Assembly (NCBI GenBank): GCA_024679065.1
Contig: JAGIQG010000008.1
Coordinates: 52,266,001-52,330,000, forward strand
Origin: Sphyrna mokarran
Taxonomy: Eukaryota
Length of the DNA: 64,000 nt
Reading direction: 5' to 3'
Part shown: positions 39,837 to 53,353 of the stretch, piece after piece
How positions within the stretch are numbered: the stretch's first letter is position 1
Layout of the letters: every line of letters starts with the position of its first letter
Notes under the pieces: generated by a model
Database searches by the model: none
Seen by the model: the letters and a program-made list of their open reading frames with translations, nothing else
What the model was told of the DNA's origin: nothing
Program-made: the position numbers and the translations under genes

Positions 39837-41159
39837 TGCTATAAGATTAGAAGAGTCAGAGTGAGTCAATGACATGTCATGGAGGCAGAGAAGCAGAATT
39901 CTGTCAGTGTTTGACAAGTACAAAAAATTACTGGGTTTTGACAAACTCTCCTGAGTTTGTACAGCAGCTACTCAAACACTTGCCATATACTTATACCACA
40001 TGATGGTTTGAAGAGTTTAACAGAAACACACACACTGGTTAAGTATCAGTGTATGGAAGATATCCCAGATTCTGTCAGGCTTACTGCTAATGTTGCTGGG
40101 AGGAACTTCCCTTTTGTTTTGTCAACAATTGTTTAACTCCCTCATGTTCCACATTCCTTTGCTGTGTTTGAACTTTCTCAGCTCGGGCTCTCTCACAATG
40201 TCTTATTATCATAGCTGCACAGATTGAAAATATCTGAAAACAGCTCCTGCAATGAAAGAGATGTCTGGACCACTACATCCCTGGTTCAACTCTTCATTTG
40301 TGCCACATTAATTGATGCGAGATGGGCTATTTCCAGCTCGGGAATGATCCCTGCAGGCCTCATGTCCAAATGGCCATTTCTTGCCTGTGAGGCCAGATGG
40401 TGGGTGCTGAATGGCTAATCGACTGCTGGGAGCATCACCCAGCCTTGTCCCAATCTCTGCATCCCCGATTCCACCCTCCCAGAAAAATTACCTGTGTTCA
40501 CATTTGACAAAAAACACAGATGCTGAAGACAACGCTGTATTTACTGCCCATCGCCAGTTGTACTGAGGAGATAGGAAAGGCTCTTGATTCATAAAGATTG
40601 TTTTAAACAAATAAGAGGCTCATTGAACTACTTCAGTGAAGTTACATTAACCCATCTTTACAATGCTGCATTGTGCTTTTCCTGTTCTCTGTTACATATT
40701 AAAGGGACACTGTCCCCCACTTCTCAAGTCACATGTATGCCCACAGTAGATAGGAATGGAGGTCAGCCATCTGCTCCACAGTTTGGTTCCAACACAGAAG
40801 CAGGCCATTCAACCCATGCTTGGTAAATCTCTGCGGGATCATTTTGCCGAGTTCCATTGTCCCACCTTTTCTGCACAGCCCTCTAAGTTTTCTCTTTAGC
40901 TAATTCTGTTTTGAAAGCCCCAATTGAATCTGCATCCACCATATTATTAGGCTGTGCATTTCAGCTCCTAACCACTAACTGCATACAAAAAATTCCTCAT
41001 CTCACTGTTGCTTTTTTAGCCATAGACCTTCTACCAGCTGTTCTTTGGTTCTTGATTCTTCTGCTAAAGGGAGCAGAATTTTTCCCTATCTAGTCGGTGC
41101 AGAATCCTCAGAATTTTGAATACCTCTACCAAATCTTCTAAGCAGAACAGCCCCAGCCA

Positions 41160-41543
41160 TATTAGCCATTCAATCCCTCCACTATCCATGACAGCAGTGT
41201 GTACTATCTACAAGATACACTGCAGAAATTCATCAAAGATTTTTAGACAACACCTTCCAAATCCTTGACCACTTCCATCTAGAAGGACAATCAGTAGATA
41301 AATGGCAAGTTCTCCTCCAGGGCACTCACCATCATGACTTAGAAATATATCGCCATTCCTTCACAGTCGCTGGATCAAAATCCTGGAATTCTCTCCCTAA
41401 CAGCATTATGGGTCAACACACAGAACATGGACAGCGGAGATTCAAGAAGACAGCTCACCATCACCTTCTCAAGGGCAACTAGAGATGAGCAATAAACACT
41501 GGCCAGCCAGTGATTCCCATGTTCCACGAATGAATTAAAAAAA
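41160..41543 (+). mobile_element. 3' tail of the second-family LINE
   Basis: tactatctacaagatacactgcag...ttctcaagggcaactagagatgagcaataaa. Confidence 0.78.
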
Positions 41544-41670
41544 CATCTGATTCAAAGCCAAGCAAACCAACAATGTGAACTGAAACATTGAGAAAAAGCA
41601 GATTCAGAGGACCAAATGTATAGAATTCCTTCCCGTCTTTCACCAAAAACACAGCACTTTGGCACCTTAC

Positions 41671-41806
41671 CGTTTGTACCAGGTTTCGGCCTCCTTGTTC
41701 TTGTTAGCAGAACGCAGCAGTCGACCAAGGTTCACCATGGCAACGTAATGTTTGGGATTTAGCTGAATGGCGTGTAAATAATGAGCTGAGGCTCCATTCG
41801 TATCTC
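41671..41806 (-). CDS. TMTC1: TMTC1 coding exon (TPR region)
   Basis: ttgtag|GA GAT...TAC AAA CG|gtaagg. Encodes (G)DTNGASAHYLHAIQLNPKHYVAMVNLGRLLRSANKNKEAETWYK(R). 136 nt, phase 1 to 2. Absent from the supplied ORF track. Confidence 0.95.
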
Positions 41807-42880
41807 CTACAAAATTCAATGATTCCAAAGATCAGTAAGTAGAGAGGCAAAGGCAAGTTGCTCAAACTGAGCAGAGGACTGTAGAGGCTGGGTCTTTAAG
41901 CACATTCAAGACTGAGATAGACTTAATCCTTAATCAGTAGGGTTACGGGGATAAAGTGGGAAAGTGGAATTGAGGATTACTCCATTGAATTAGTCATGAT
42001 CTCATTGAATGGTGGAGCAGAGTTGATGGGCCGAATGGCCTACTTCTGCTGCTATATTTTCTGGACAAGATGGTGGGAGCAAAGTCAATAATAATCAGCA
42101 ATATAAGAAATGGATAAATACTCAAAAGAAAACAAAGAAAATGAAATGGGCAAAGAGGAAAGATTAGGGGATTCAGACTATTCAGACATCGTTAATCAAA
42201 GCACAGGCACAATGAGTTGGATGGATTCTATCTGACAGGGTTCAGCCAAGCTTTTTAGGTGTAGGGTTGATAACCCTTCCTCTGAACTATCAAAACCTGA
42301 AAAATTATCACTGTTTTTTCCTCCATAGTTGTTGCCAGGGTGGCTGAGTGTTTTTCCAGAAATGATGTTTTGGGACAATTGCCATCTATCTCAAGCTAAA
42401 TGTTTATCTGCCGTCACCAAGAACCGACAACGGATCAGTCATTGAGACTTCTGACTCATTTTGCGGCCAGTCTCCCAGCCTGGACCACTGCCTATAAGCT
42501 CACAATTTGGTGTACCAGCACAGTGTGCTAAGAGTGTTGAATGTCATTTAATGATCACAGTGAATGCTCAGTTGTTACTGGGGGGAGAACCAAGAGAACT
42601 TAAATGCTTCCCTCACGAGGAAGGAGATTGGTTGTCAAATCTCCCCAAGGCACACACACTTCTAACTGACATGTTTGAAACTGGAGCCTTCGCTCACAGA
42701 CCTACCTGGGAGCGGGTCTTCACCACCCACTCCACCTCTCCCCTCCCAGGTATATGTCTCAAGACATTAGTAGAGAGGAGGATCTTCTTCAGAAAGTTAA
42801 AAACTCATGCCTTTCACCACTTGGACCAGCATTCAAAATCAAGCCAAAAGGATGAAAGTCTGGCAGGAACGGTCATAGGA

Positions 42881-44435
42881 AGAACATAAGAAATAGGAGC
42901 AGGAGTAGGCCAGCTAGCCCCTCGAGCCTGCCCCACCATTCAACAAGACCATGGCTGATCTGAAGTGGATCTGTTCCACTTACCCACTTTCTCCCCATTA
43001 TCCTTAGTTCCCTTGTCTATCAGAAACTTATCTATCTGTGACTTAAATACATTCAGCAAGGTAGCCTCCACCACTTCAGTGGGCAGAAAATTCCGGAGAC
43101 TCACCACCCCTTGAGTGAAGAAGTTTCTCCTCAACTCCAATCTAAACTGCTCCCCCCCCCCACCTTATTTTGAGGCTGTGCCCTCTAGTTCTGCTATCCT
43201 TTCTAAGCAAGAAGAATCTCTCTACCTCTACCCTATCTACCCCTTCATTATCTTGCAAGCCTCTGTAAGATCCCCCCTCAGCCTACTAAATTCCAACGAG
43301 TACAGACCTAGTCTATTCAATCTCTCCTCATACGCTAACCCCCTCATCTCCAGTATCAGCCTAGTGAAACTTCTCTGCATTCCCTCCAAGGCCAATATAT
43401 CCTTTCGCAAATGCAGCGACCAAAACTGCACACAGTACTCCAGTTGTGGCCTCACCAATGCCCTGTACAGTTGCAGCAAGACCTCCCTGCTTTTATATCC
43501 TATCCCCCTCACTATAAAGACCAACATTCCATTCGCCTTCTTGATCACCTGCTGCATCTGCAGGCTGGGTTTTTGTGACTCGTGCACAAGGACCCCCAGT
43601 CCCTTCGCACCATAGCATGCTGCAGCTTTTTGCCCTTTAAATGATAATCTCTCTTACTATTATTTCTACAAAGTGGATAACCTCACACTTGCTCCATCTG
43701 CCAGTTCCTCGCCCACTCACTCAGCCTATCCAGATCTCTCTGCAGACTTTCCATGTCCTCCACGCAATTTGCTTTTCCACTCATCTTCGTGTCATCAGCA
43801 AATTTCATTACCTTACACTCAGCCCCCTCCTCCAGATCGTCTATGTAAATGATACACAGTTGAAGCCCCAGCACTGATCCCTGCGGCACTCCACTAGTCA
43901 CCAACTGCCAACCAGAATAGCACTCATTGATTCCAACTCTCTGCTTCCTATTAGACAACCAATTCTCTATCCATGCTAACACTTTACCCCCAACTCCGTG
44001 CACCCTAACCTTTTGCAGCAACCTTTTGTGAGGCACCTTATCAAACGCCTTCTGAAAATCTAAAAACACCACATCCACCGGTTCCACTCTTTCTCCCACA
44101 TTAGTCACATCCTCATAGAAATCCAATAAATTTGTCAAACACAACTTCCCCTTTATGAATCCGTGTTGTGTCTGCTTGATCAAACTGTTCTTTTCTTGGT
44201 GTCTTGCTATTTCTTCTTTGATGATGGATTCTAGCATTTTTCCAACTACACACGTTAAACTAACCAGCCTATTGTCTGCTACCTTTTTTAAACAGCAGCA
44301 TAACATTAGCTGTTTTCCAATCTTCCAGCACTTCCCCAGAGTCCAGCAAATTTTGATAAATAATTACTAAGGCATCCGCTATCACTTCTGCCATTTCTTT
44401 CAGAACCCTGGGATACATTCCATCCGGTCCCGGGA
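42881..44435 (-). mobile_element. CR1 LINE fragment (RT domain to 3' end)
   Basis: ORFs with QHGF, LDFQKAFDKVPH, GVPQGSVLG, KFADDTK and LVRPQLEYCVQFW. 3' tail cctatttcttatgttct. Frameshifted. Confidence 0.95.
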
Positions 44436-44817
44436 CCAGATGGAATGTGATTCGTGGCCAATATCAAACTAATGTAAGTTAATATGGGCCAACAGCCCAA
44501 AACTGCCTCAAATTGGCATCAATAATACAATCTCACACAAGGATTACTGATATGGGAATTGGAACAATATTCAACTGGCACCCATAGACCATTCCCCAGA
44601 AGGCATCACCAAGGAAGTGTTGGATTGCAGGAGTAAGAGATTTCAAAAAGGCTTCTGATATTCATTCTCCATTTCCCACAGGAAGAATGGAAACCCAGGC
44701 AATTACTGAAGCTGGCCTGAAGAGTGGTAGCCCAGCATTTGCCTCAGTGAGTGAAGATAAGTCCAAATGATAATACGTAGTCATTACGTGTCGGGTAACA
44801 ATGATTCCATTGCTTAC

Positions 44818-44920
44818 CTCGGTCAACTAGGAAGACGCCATAGTTGTTGTGGAGGTCAGAATTCTCAGGACAGTTATCAATGCCACTCACGTAGATGTCA
44901 TCAGCCTCTCCAAATCGTTC
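44818..44920 (-). CDS. TMTC1: TMTC1 coding exon (TPR region)
   Basis: ttcaaag|GAA CGA...GAC CGA G|gtaagc. Encodes ERFGEADDIYVSGIDNCPENSDLHNNYGVFLVDR(G). 103 nt, phase 0 to 1. Confidence 0.95.
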
Positions 44921-45469
44921 CTTTGAAAAGATGGGGATGGGTTGTATGGAGATAGTCAATTATTTTATAACTCTAAACATGGGAAAGTTTTACTCCTGAT
45001 CCCACTGAAAGAGCAGCAACATGTCTTATGGGATTAAGATTGGATGTGTCTGTGATCTCTCTCCTCCAGTAGATAAGGCCCTCAATAAAAAAGCATTTTA
45101 CCTGGCACTATTCACATCCTTGCTGTCAGGGAGGAATTGCCAAATCTAGTAATAGATTAAGTTTAGGAAATGAGCCAAGCTCTCTTCACATGAGACACTT
45201 GCAACCTCTGGTTGGACCTATTTCTGGAGATGTTGTAATATGATCTCCCTCCTCTGACCAACCCAGCCCTCAATCTCTTGTCATTGGTTACCTGCCAAGT
45301 TCTTCCTCTTGGTTCACCAACTTCCCACCCAAAAGAAAATCAAACAGACATTTTATTACATAACTGGATTGTTTGTAATTGTCAACGACAAAGTGATTCC
45401 CATCCCCAATTTGTTTTTTTCAAAGTGAACACTCAAAATGAACAAGTACTAGGAGGGCAGGAATTAGCA

Positions 45470-45746
45470 ATCATAGTTTGAGGATAAGGAATAAACCTTT
45501 TAGGACTGAGGTGTGGAGAAATTTCTTCACCCAGGGAGTGGTGAATGTGTGGAATTCACTACCATAAAAGTAGATGAAGCCAAAACATTGTGTGAATTCC
45601 AGAAGAAGTCAGATATAGCTCTGGGGGCTAAAGGGGGATGGGGGGAAGTCAAGGTATTGAATTTGATGATCAGCCATGGTCACAATGAATGGTGGAGCAG
45701 GCTCGAAGAGCTGAATGGTCTACTCTTGCTTCTACTTTCTATGTAA
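45470..45746 (+). mobile_element. CR1 LINE 3' fragment
   Basis: aatttcttcacccagggagtggtgaatgtgtggaattcactacc...ggagcaggctcgaagagctgaatggtctactc. Confidence 0.8.
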
Positions 45747-45994
45747 GCACCATCTTTTTGAATACCTTACATCATCTGTCCCAGGTTTCTCACATCAGTG
45801 TCCTGAGGAATTAAACTAGACTAAATCTAAAGAATTGTCAGCCCTACTCCAACTGCCTCTCATACGAACATGCAACCCATGTCAAGATAGATTCCAAATG
45901 GTCTGACAGTCTAAGCTGCTGCTATTGTCGATGGGATTCTTGAGTTTGATGGCATGCAGCACATGGCCAATAGCAAGATTAATTACTCAATTAA

Positions 45995-46210
45995 TCCCTC
46001 GAGTAATTGACCCTTCGACCCTGGAAAAAAGACTGACTACACATACTATCCAAACCTGTCATAATCTTGTAAACCTCTTTCAGGTTTCCCATCATCTTCC
46101 AAAGAAAACAATCCAAGTTTGTTCAACCTTTCTTCATAATCCATATCCTCCAAACCAGGCAACATCCTAGTAAATCTTTTCTGCACTTTTTCTAATGCAT
46201 CAACATCCTT
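45995..46210 (+). repeat. 216-bp direct duplication of 46959-47174
   Basis: Manual alignment: same length, 6 mismatches, no indels. Confidence 0.92.
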
Positions 46211-46689
46211 GAATACTAGCTTCAGTAGATTGTGCCGTTGCTCAAGCTCAAAGGCAAGCCCATGAGCATCAACACTAAATAGGGTGGGGGTCCCTTTGGA
46301 TCAGCACAGACTAGCAATGTAACCTGACATCGCCCAATAAATTGCATCATCCAACAACCCCGACTCCATCTCCTTTCCATATCTCTTAATCTCCTGCAAC
46401 CTCCAGGAACTCAGTGCTCCTCCAATTCCAGCGGCAACTATGACTTCAGCTACGTAGGCCCTAAACTTGGGAATTCCCAAATCTCTCATCTTTTCCTCTT
46501 TCTCCTTCTTTTAACCATACAATTCACCAAGCTTATTGTCCTAGTGTCACTTTTGTTTAGGTTGGTGTGAACATTTACGTAATGACACATTTCTGAAGTG
46601 CCTATTATACAAAAGGTGTTACAAAACAGCACGGTGGCACAGTAGTTAGCATTGCTGCCTTACATCACCAGGGATCTGAGTTCAGAAAT

Positions 46690-48240
46690 AAAAACAGTAT
46701 AGCACAAGAACAGGCTTTTTGGCACACCAAGTCTGACACAGTTACCTCACCAATATAATATTTTCCCCAGTCTACGTGGTCCATATTTCTCTATTCCCTA
46801 CCTATTCATGTATCTATCCAGATGCCTCTTGAACGTTGTTATAGAATCTGCTTCCATCAACTTCGCCGGCAACATGTTCCAGGCATTCACTACCGTGTGT
46901 GTGAAACATTTGCCCCTTACATCTCTCTTCAACTTTCCCCCTCTCGCTTTCGACCTACTCCCTCGAGTAATTGACCCTTCAATCCTGGAAAAAAGACTGA
47001 CTACACATACTATCCAAACCTGTCGTAATCTTGTAAACCTCTTTCAGGTCTCCCATCATCTTCCAAAGAAAACAATCCAAGTTTGTTCAACCTTTCTTCA
47101 TAATCCATATCCTCCAAACCAGGCAACATCCTGGTAAATCTTTTCTGCACGTTTTCTAATGCATCAACATCCTTCCGGTAGAGTGGCAACCAGAATGGTA
47201 CACAATATCCAAATGCACCTAATCAAAGTCTTATAATAACTGCAACATGATTTTTCAATGCTGTATTCAACATCCTGAAAGCATGCCATATGCCTTCTTG
47301 ATTACCTTGTCCAAGTGAGTTGGCACCTACAGGGAACTGTGTATCTGCAAACCTAGATCCCTCTATTTACTAATATCTCTAAGGGCTCGACCATTTACTA
47401 TATACTTTCCTCCTTCAGTAGCCCTTCCAAATTGCACTGCCTCACATTTGTCTGGGTTAAATTCCATCTATCATCTTTCTGCCAGGTCTCCAGCAAATTT
47501 CTATCCAGCTGTATCATCTGACAAACTTCCTCACTATCCGCTATTTCCCCAGATTTTGTATCATCTGCAAATTTACTAATCAAACCACCTACATTTTCCT
47601 CCAAATCATTGATATATATCACAAACAACAGAGATCCCAGCACTGATCCTTGTAGGATATCACTTATCACAGACCTCCAGTTAGAAAAGTACCCTTACAC
47701 TGATACCTCTCTGCTTTTTGTGGCCAAACCAATTTTGAGTCCATCTTACCAGCTCACTTTGGATCCTGTATGATTTCATCTTCTGTAGCAGCCTGCCATG
47801 AAGGATTGAAGGATTTACTAAAATCCAATATACAACATCCACTTCCCTGCCCTGGTCAATTTTTCTTGTCACTTCCTCAAAGAACTCAATCAAATTTGTG
47901 AGACATGACCTCCCCTTCACAAAACCATGCTGCCTATTGTTAATAAGCCCATTCTCTTCCAGATGTGATTATATCCTGTACCTAAAAACCTTCTCCAATA
48001 ATTTCCCCACCACTGACGTAAGGCTCACAGGCCTGTAATTTTCCAGATTGTCTCTTCTGCCTTTCTTAATCAGAGGAACAATGTTAACTACTCTCCAATC
48101 CTCTGGTACCTCACCTGTGGCTAAAGAGGACAAAAAGATTTTGGCCAAGACCTCAACAACTTATACCCTTGCCTCTCTCAGTATTTTGGGTTAGTGCCTA
48201 TCCAGCCCTGGGGACTTGTCCACCTTAAAGTTTTTCAAAT
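46690..48240 (-). mobile_element. CR1/HER1 LINE fragment, decayed
   Basis: KGRSCLTNLIEFFEEVT, QGSVLGSLLFVIYINDL and KFADDTK in broken frames. Confidence 0.92.
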
Positions 48241-48244
48241 TCAA

Positions 48245-48483
48245 ATTCAATTCCGGCCTCAGGTGAATGTGCGGAGTTTGCATGATCTCCCTGTGTCTGT
48301 GTGGGTTTCCTCCCACACTCCAAAGATATGCAGGTTAGGTTGATTGGCTATGCTAAATTGCCGCTTAGCAGGATTAGCTGGATAAATACGTGCATTTATG
48401 GGGATAGAACCTTGATGAAGTTGTTGTCAACGCAGTCTCGATGGGGCTGAACAGCCTCCTTTTGCACCGTAGGAATTTTATGA
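48245..48483 (+). mobile_element. HE1-like V-SINE, partial
   Basis: V domain and tail. Confidence 0.78.
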
Positions 48484-49147
48484 TACAAAGAAAGCCAAAG
48501 GGCTATATTGGGTGTTTCGATTTTACACTTAGTAGGGGAGGTAATGGTGTAGTGGTATTGTTACTGGGTTAATAACCCAGAATAATGCTCTGGGTACCTA
48601 GGTTCAAATCCCATCACAGCAGTTGGTAAAATTTTTATCTATATAGCTGTTGGGGCCATTTCATTAGATTTGTTCAAGTGGGAGCTGGACGTGGCCCTTG
48701 TGGTTAAAGGAATTAAGAGGTATGGAGAGAAAGTGGGAGTGTGATACTGAAAGTGCTTAATCAGTTATGATCATATTGAATGGTGGTGCAGGCTCAAAGG
48801 GCTGAATGGCCTACTCTTGCCCCTAGTGTTATCTATGTTTGAAAATTGTTGTCTGGTTCAGGACAGCACAAATGGTGTCTTACCCCACTTTGTCAATAGG
48901 CGGAGCCATATTCCATATTTTTGACACGACCTACTTGAATTTCCTGGAGTCTAAAAGTCTCAGACACATTAGAGCTGCCCTTTCTTGAAGTTTCCACTAT
49001 TTCAGGCAGCACGGGCCATCCGAATCACAGAATAATAGTCACTGCATTAAAACAATTCTCTGGATCTTTTACCCCTGCATTTCTCCTGATTTAATCCATC
49101 AAGATTCCACAACTCTCATAAACCTCCTCTGTTTGAAAGAAAGCAAT

Positions 49148-49291
49148 AAGAAATTTCAAAACACCAGGTTAAAGCCCAACAGATTTATTTGGCAGCAAAA
49201 TCCACTACCAAATAAACCTGTTGGACTTTAACTTGGTGTTGTGAGACTTCTTACTGTGTTTACCCCAGTTCAACACAGGCATCTCCACATC
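49148..49291. mobile_element. Fold-back Penelope-like insertion (hammerhead part deleted)
   Basis: Flanked by gaaagaaagcaat (49135-49147) and gaaagaaggcaat (49292-49304). Inverted arms acaccaggttaaagcccaacagatttatttgg and ccaaataaacctgttggactttaacttggtgt. Family terminus present. Confidence 0.75.
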
Positions 49292-49871
49292 GAAAGAAGG
49301 CAATCCCAGCTTCTCCAGTCCCCCCACAAATAAATAATGGTGCCAGCACTCGAGCACTCCAATAAAATGTAGCTTTCAAAGGTAAAACAGCTGACTTCAG
49401 TCAGCAGCCCTCACTGAGCACTACAAAACATCAAAATTAACTGGGCCAGTTAAAGCCTTTGTCCTTGGGTCAGTTAGGTACACGTTCAATGAACCGTAAC
49501 TTCAAGGGCCGTACATGATGTTTAAATGCACGTTCCACCGACTAGTGTACCCTGATGGGTTGCTGATTCTAACATGTCTTGTTCTGGTTGAGGATTCAGC
49601 TTTGAATTAGCCCTTTCCAAACCTCTAGGCCCATAAAGTTCAGATGGAAAACAGCCAATCTCGGTTCAGATTCGCATAAGTGGTGGAACAGTCAGCAAAA
49701 TCTCTGATGTTGCATGTGGTTGATCCACAGCATAAGGATACCTAACTTCACTGACACTAGTAGATAATGTAATGTCAATGCATTGCAAGTCATTGAGGAT
49801 CATTTGCTGTGATGCAGAGTAAAATCATACTAAACATACCCACACACACCTATAAGCACACACACTCAAAT

Positions 49872-50130
49872 ACAGTGCCAGGGACTTAGGGTTCAATTCC
49901 AGGCTTGGGGTCACTGTCTGTATGGATTCTACATGTTCTCCCTGTGTGTGTATGGGTTTCCTCCGAGTGCTCCAGCTTCCTCCCACAATCTAGAAGACGT
50001 GCTGATTAGGTGCATTGGACATGCTGAATTCTCCCTCAGTCTACCCGCACAGGTGCAACTAGGGGATTTTCAGAGTAACTTTATTGCAGTGTTAATATAA
50101 GTCTACTTTAACTGATAAACTTAAAAAAAA
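49872..50130 (+). mobile_element. V-SINE with an alternative 3' tail
   Basis: B box gggttcaattcc, V domain and actaggggattttcagagtaac tail. Confidence 0.8.
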
Positions 50131-51124
50131 CTTTAAACAGACACATGCATATCCACACACGCGCGCACACCCTCATACAAGCAAACACATACATGCATCT
50201 CCATACACATACATGCATGTACAAACACCATGTAATAAATTTGTATATCCACAATAGTCAGGTTATTAAGGTAAGTTAACAGGAGCCAATGAGCTTTCAA
50301 TAGATTGATGGTACAACTGTACCATATGGTAAATTATTCCTGGCTGTTGTTTCTGGAACCTATAAAGAAGTGTTTCATGTTGATGCCTCAAGAGATAGCG
50401 TCACATAGAAACCCTGCTAACAGAAGCACAGAAGGAGAGGTCTGGTAGCCGTAAATGAAGGTGAAAACTCTTGCTCTGTAAATGCTCCAGAGTGACCAAT
50501 ATTTGGAATGTACAAAGAGAACAAATGTCCTAAATCCATTTAGATACAATTAGACAATATATTGGAAGAACCAAGTTATTCCTTTCTTAAATAAATGAGC
50601 TAAGGGAGGCCCATTTATTGTCCCTTGATTTCTGCTGGAATACGATCGATTAGCCAACATTAGTGCAGTGACTTCCATAATACCAAGAGCCTCTAGAAAT
50701 TTGAGAGAAGTCTCATCTTGATATAGTTCTGTATGGAAAGTGCTCATAACAGACAAAAATAGAGGGAAAGTATATCAATTTGAAGTAATGGGAAATACAT
50801 GATGACCCTTGGGTATCATGGGGAAAGTGGATGATCAGAGTGGGAGGAATGGGGAAGTAAGCAGAATGTCTCTGGAGTTCTGCTGGTCATAAGGTGCTAT
50901 ATCTTTTAAGTAAAGTTTGACACCAAAGTCACCTCTATCTGCAGGCTTGCTAATCAAAGTCCTGGGCCAGGCAGCATAGGCACTGTTGATGGTGAACCAA
51001 CAGATGGGACAGGTGAGAGGCGACTGACTGCATCTGCACTGGTAGGTCATATGGTTTAGGCTCATAATAAAAATCAGAATCAAGTTCATCGTAGTCTCTT
51101 TGCTTCAATTACACCATGACCTAC

Positions 51125-51233
51125 CTGTTCAGCTAGCAGAGCTGCTAGGCTGGAGTAGGCATCTGCAAACTGGGGACCAAACCTCACAGAGTCATGCAGC
51201 AATCGTTCAGCTTCTAGTAGCTTCTTCTGGGAT
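51125..51233 (-). CDS. TMTC1: TMTC1 coding exon (TPR region; 8th from last)
   Basis: ttgcag|A TCC CAG...GAA CAG|gtaggt. Encodes SQKKLLEAERLLHDSVRFGPQFADAYSSLAALLAEQ, matching the recalled human TMTC1 SQEKKEEAITLLKDSIKYGPEFADAYSSLASLLAEQ. 109 nt, phase 2 to 0. Confidence 0.93.
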
Positions 51234-53353
51234 CTGCAATAGAGGAAATTTGGCTTCATTAGTTTTGGTCGAGCCTACTTGTTTTTTTGACAAGCAGTGC
51301 AAGCACCAGCGTCCAGGCTAATACAGGACCACAGGACTCAGTTTCAAGTAGGCCTGTACTTTCAGACACTAAAACACTTATATGCCCGTAGTGCTCCTCT
51401 TACATTTTGGAGGTATATAAAGGGAGAGAGTAAGAGAATGTATAAGAGATATTGATGGGGAGAGAATGCTGAGAATAAAGGGGATGAGAGATGGAGGAAG
51501 CAGATCAACGTTAAACTCCATGTTTGCCACAAATCCTCATTTTAAGTACTAGCACTGGAGTCACAACTTTTGAACTGATGTTTCCCTTTTGTTGCTGATG
51601 CACGACAGAAATATTTTGATTTGGGTTTAAACATTGTAACTATAAAGCAATCTATTGTGGTGTTCCTCAGCTATCAATGCGTTAAAGTTGGATCCTAGGT
51701 CGCCAGCTGAATTGGAGTTTGTTTAATGGGAGGGGAAGGGGGGGAGAGGGCTGTCCTATAAAATCATTATTACTAATAAGAACTTGTTCACCTCCTTCAG
51801 GTGAAATGCTGCTGTCAATTTATCACCTCAACCAACCAATAATTGACAATATTGGCATTGATCCACCCTGCAGCTCCAGTCAATTCTGGGGAGCTGTCAC
51901 TGTTCTTTCATGTGTCAGAGACTCAGTGAAGAAATTGTTTCAGTCTCAGAACACTTTCCTTTCAAAACTTGACTGAAAATTCAATCTGTCACTTTTAACA
52001 GTTGAAGAAATGGCACATAGTGATTTCAACTGTTAGATTTTGAGGCAGTGATTCCTGTGGGACTCATCCACACGCGGTCAGTGCAGGCACAACAATTCCA
52101 GCAACAACTATTTATTCTCCTTGTTCTCGGGTTCTGTGCCCAAAGGCAGGTCCGATCCAATAGCACCGTGACCTTCACCATGTATAGGGGACAAGGATGC
52201 AGATGTCAAATCCACCCCACTAGAGTGGGAATCGAACCCTGTGACATCGGCACCAATCTGATCCACAACAGCCTAACAGTCAAACAGCCCTCGCAAGGAG
52301 TCTGAGTTGTTGTGGAAACACACACTTTTATGTGCATGTTGTTGTGATGATAGAAGCTCCAACTTTCTTTTCACCAGGAGTCTCTCCCACTCTTACCGCC
52401 AGCCACTGGCATGTTTGGAAGGATTTCCATGTTGATACTCAATTTGTTTGGCTGCATTATGAACCCACCTTCCATGGTCATTAGGTCCTGAAATGGGGCA
52501 TGAGCCCAGAGTTCCTGGTTCAGACTGCACTATAAGACTCTCTCCACAACAGCCATTGTAATAGAAAAGTATTTATTTTCTTTTTGGAAATGCACATTAT
52601 TTTGCACATCAAATAGCCACATGTCTCTCTCATCTGATCATTCATTGATTTCGCATCTACTTTACCAGTAGACTTTAAATCCTATTTTACTTGCACTTTG
52701 GCTCTTTTCTATGACACATGTATGACCATGCATAGCTATCTTGATGTAGCCTTGCTGCATGTATAGATTTGTTCCCATGTTCATTCACTTGCACATTTTG
52801 ACCCTTACCCCGACGCAAGCACATTTCCTCCACTTCTCCTTTTCTCTCCCATTTCCTATTCTTCACCATCATGTCTTTCATTTTTCTAACCCTGGGTGAA
52901 ATGGGGATTATGGAAGGGGTAGGAAGGACACAGAAGGAGTATATGGGGTAGTGCGGGTATGGGGGATATGAGGCGGAACAGGGGAAAAAATGGGGAGCAT
53001 TGGCAATAGGTTTCAAACTTATCAAAAGATATTCTTTCTACTCTTCTCAAAAATTTCACAAATTCACTTAGCTGGCAGAGTTTATAGAGGCTTTTACAAG
53101 AATCTAAAAGGCAGTGAAATCTGATTTTCCATCAGGAGGTTAAGTTGCTGACCCAAGGTCAATTAAGTCAATGTTGGATCACAACCTGACTCAATTCCCG
53201 ACCGAATGAAAGTGGTGAGCCCCAGGACTCCTTGGGAAAATACAAAACTGCAGCCTCCACTTTGGCCCTCCTGAATCTGGCTTGTTCCAAGTGTGGAGAT
53301 CAAAACTCACCTACTGCCATCAGATGCAACTCAATGCGAATGTTCCTGACTGT

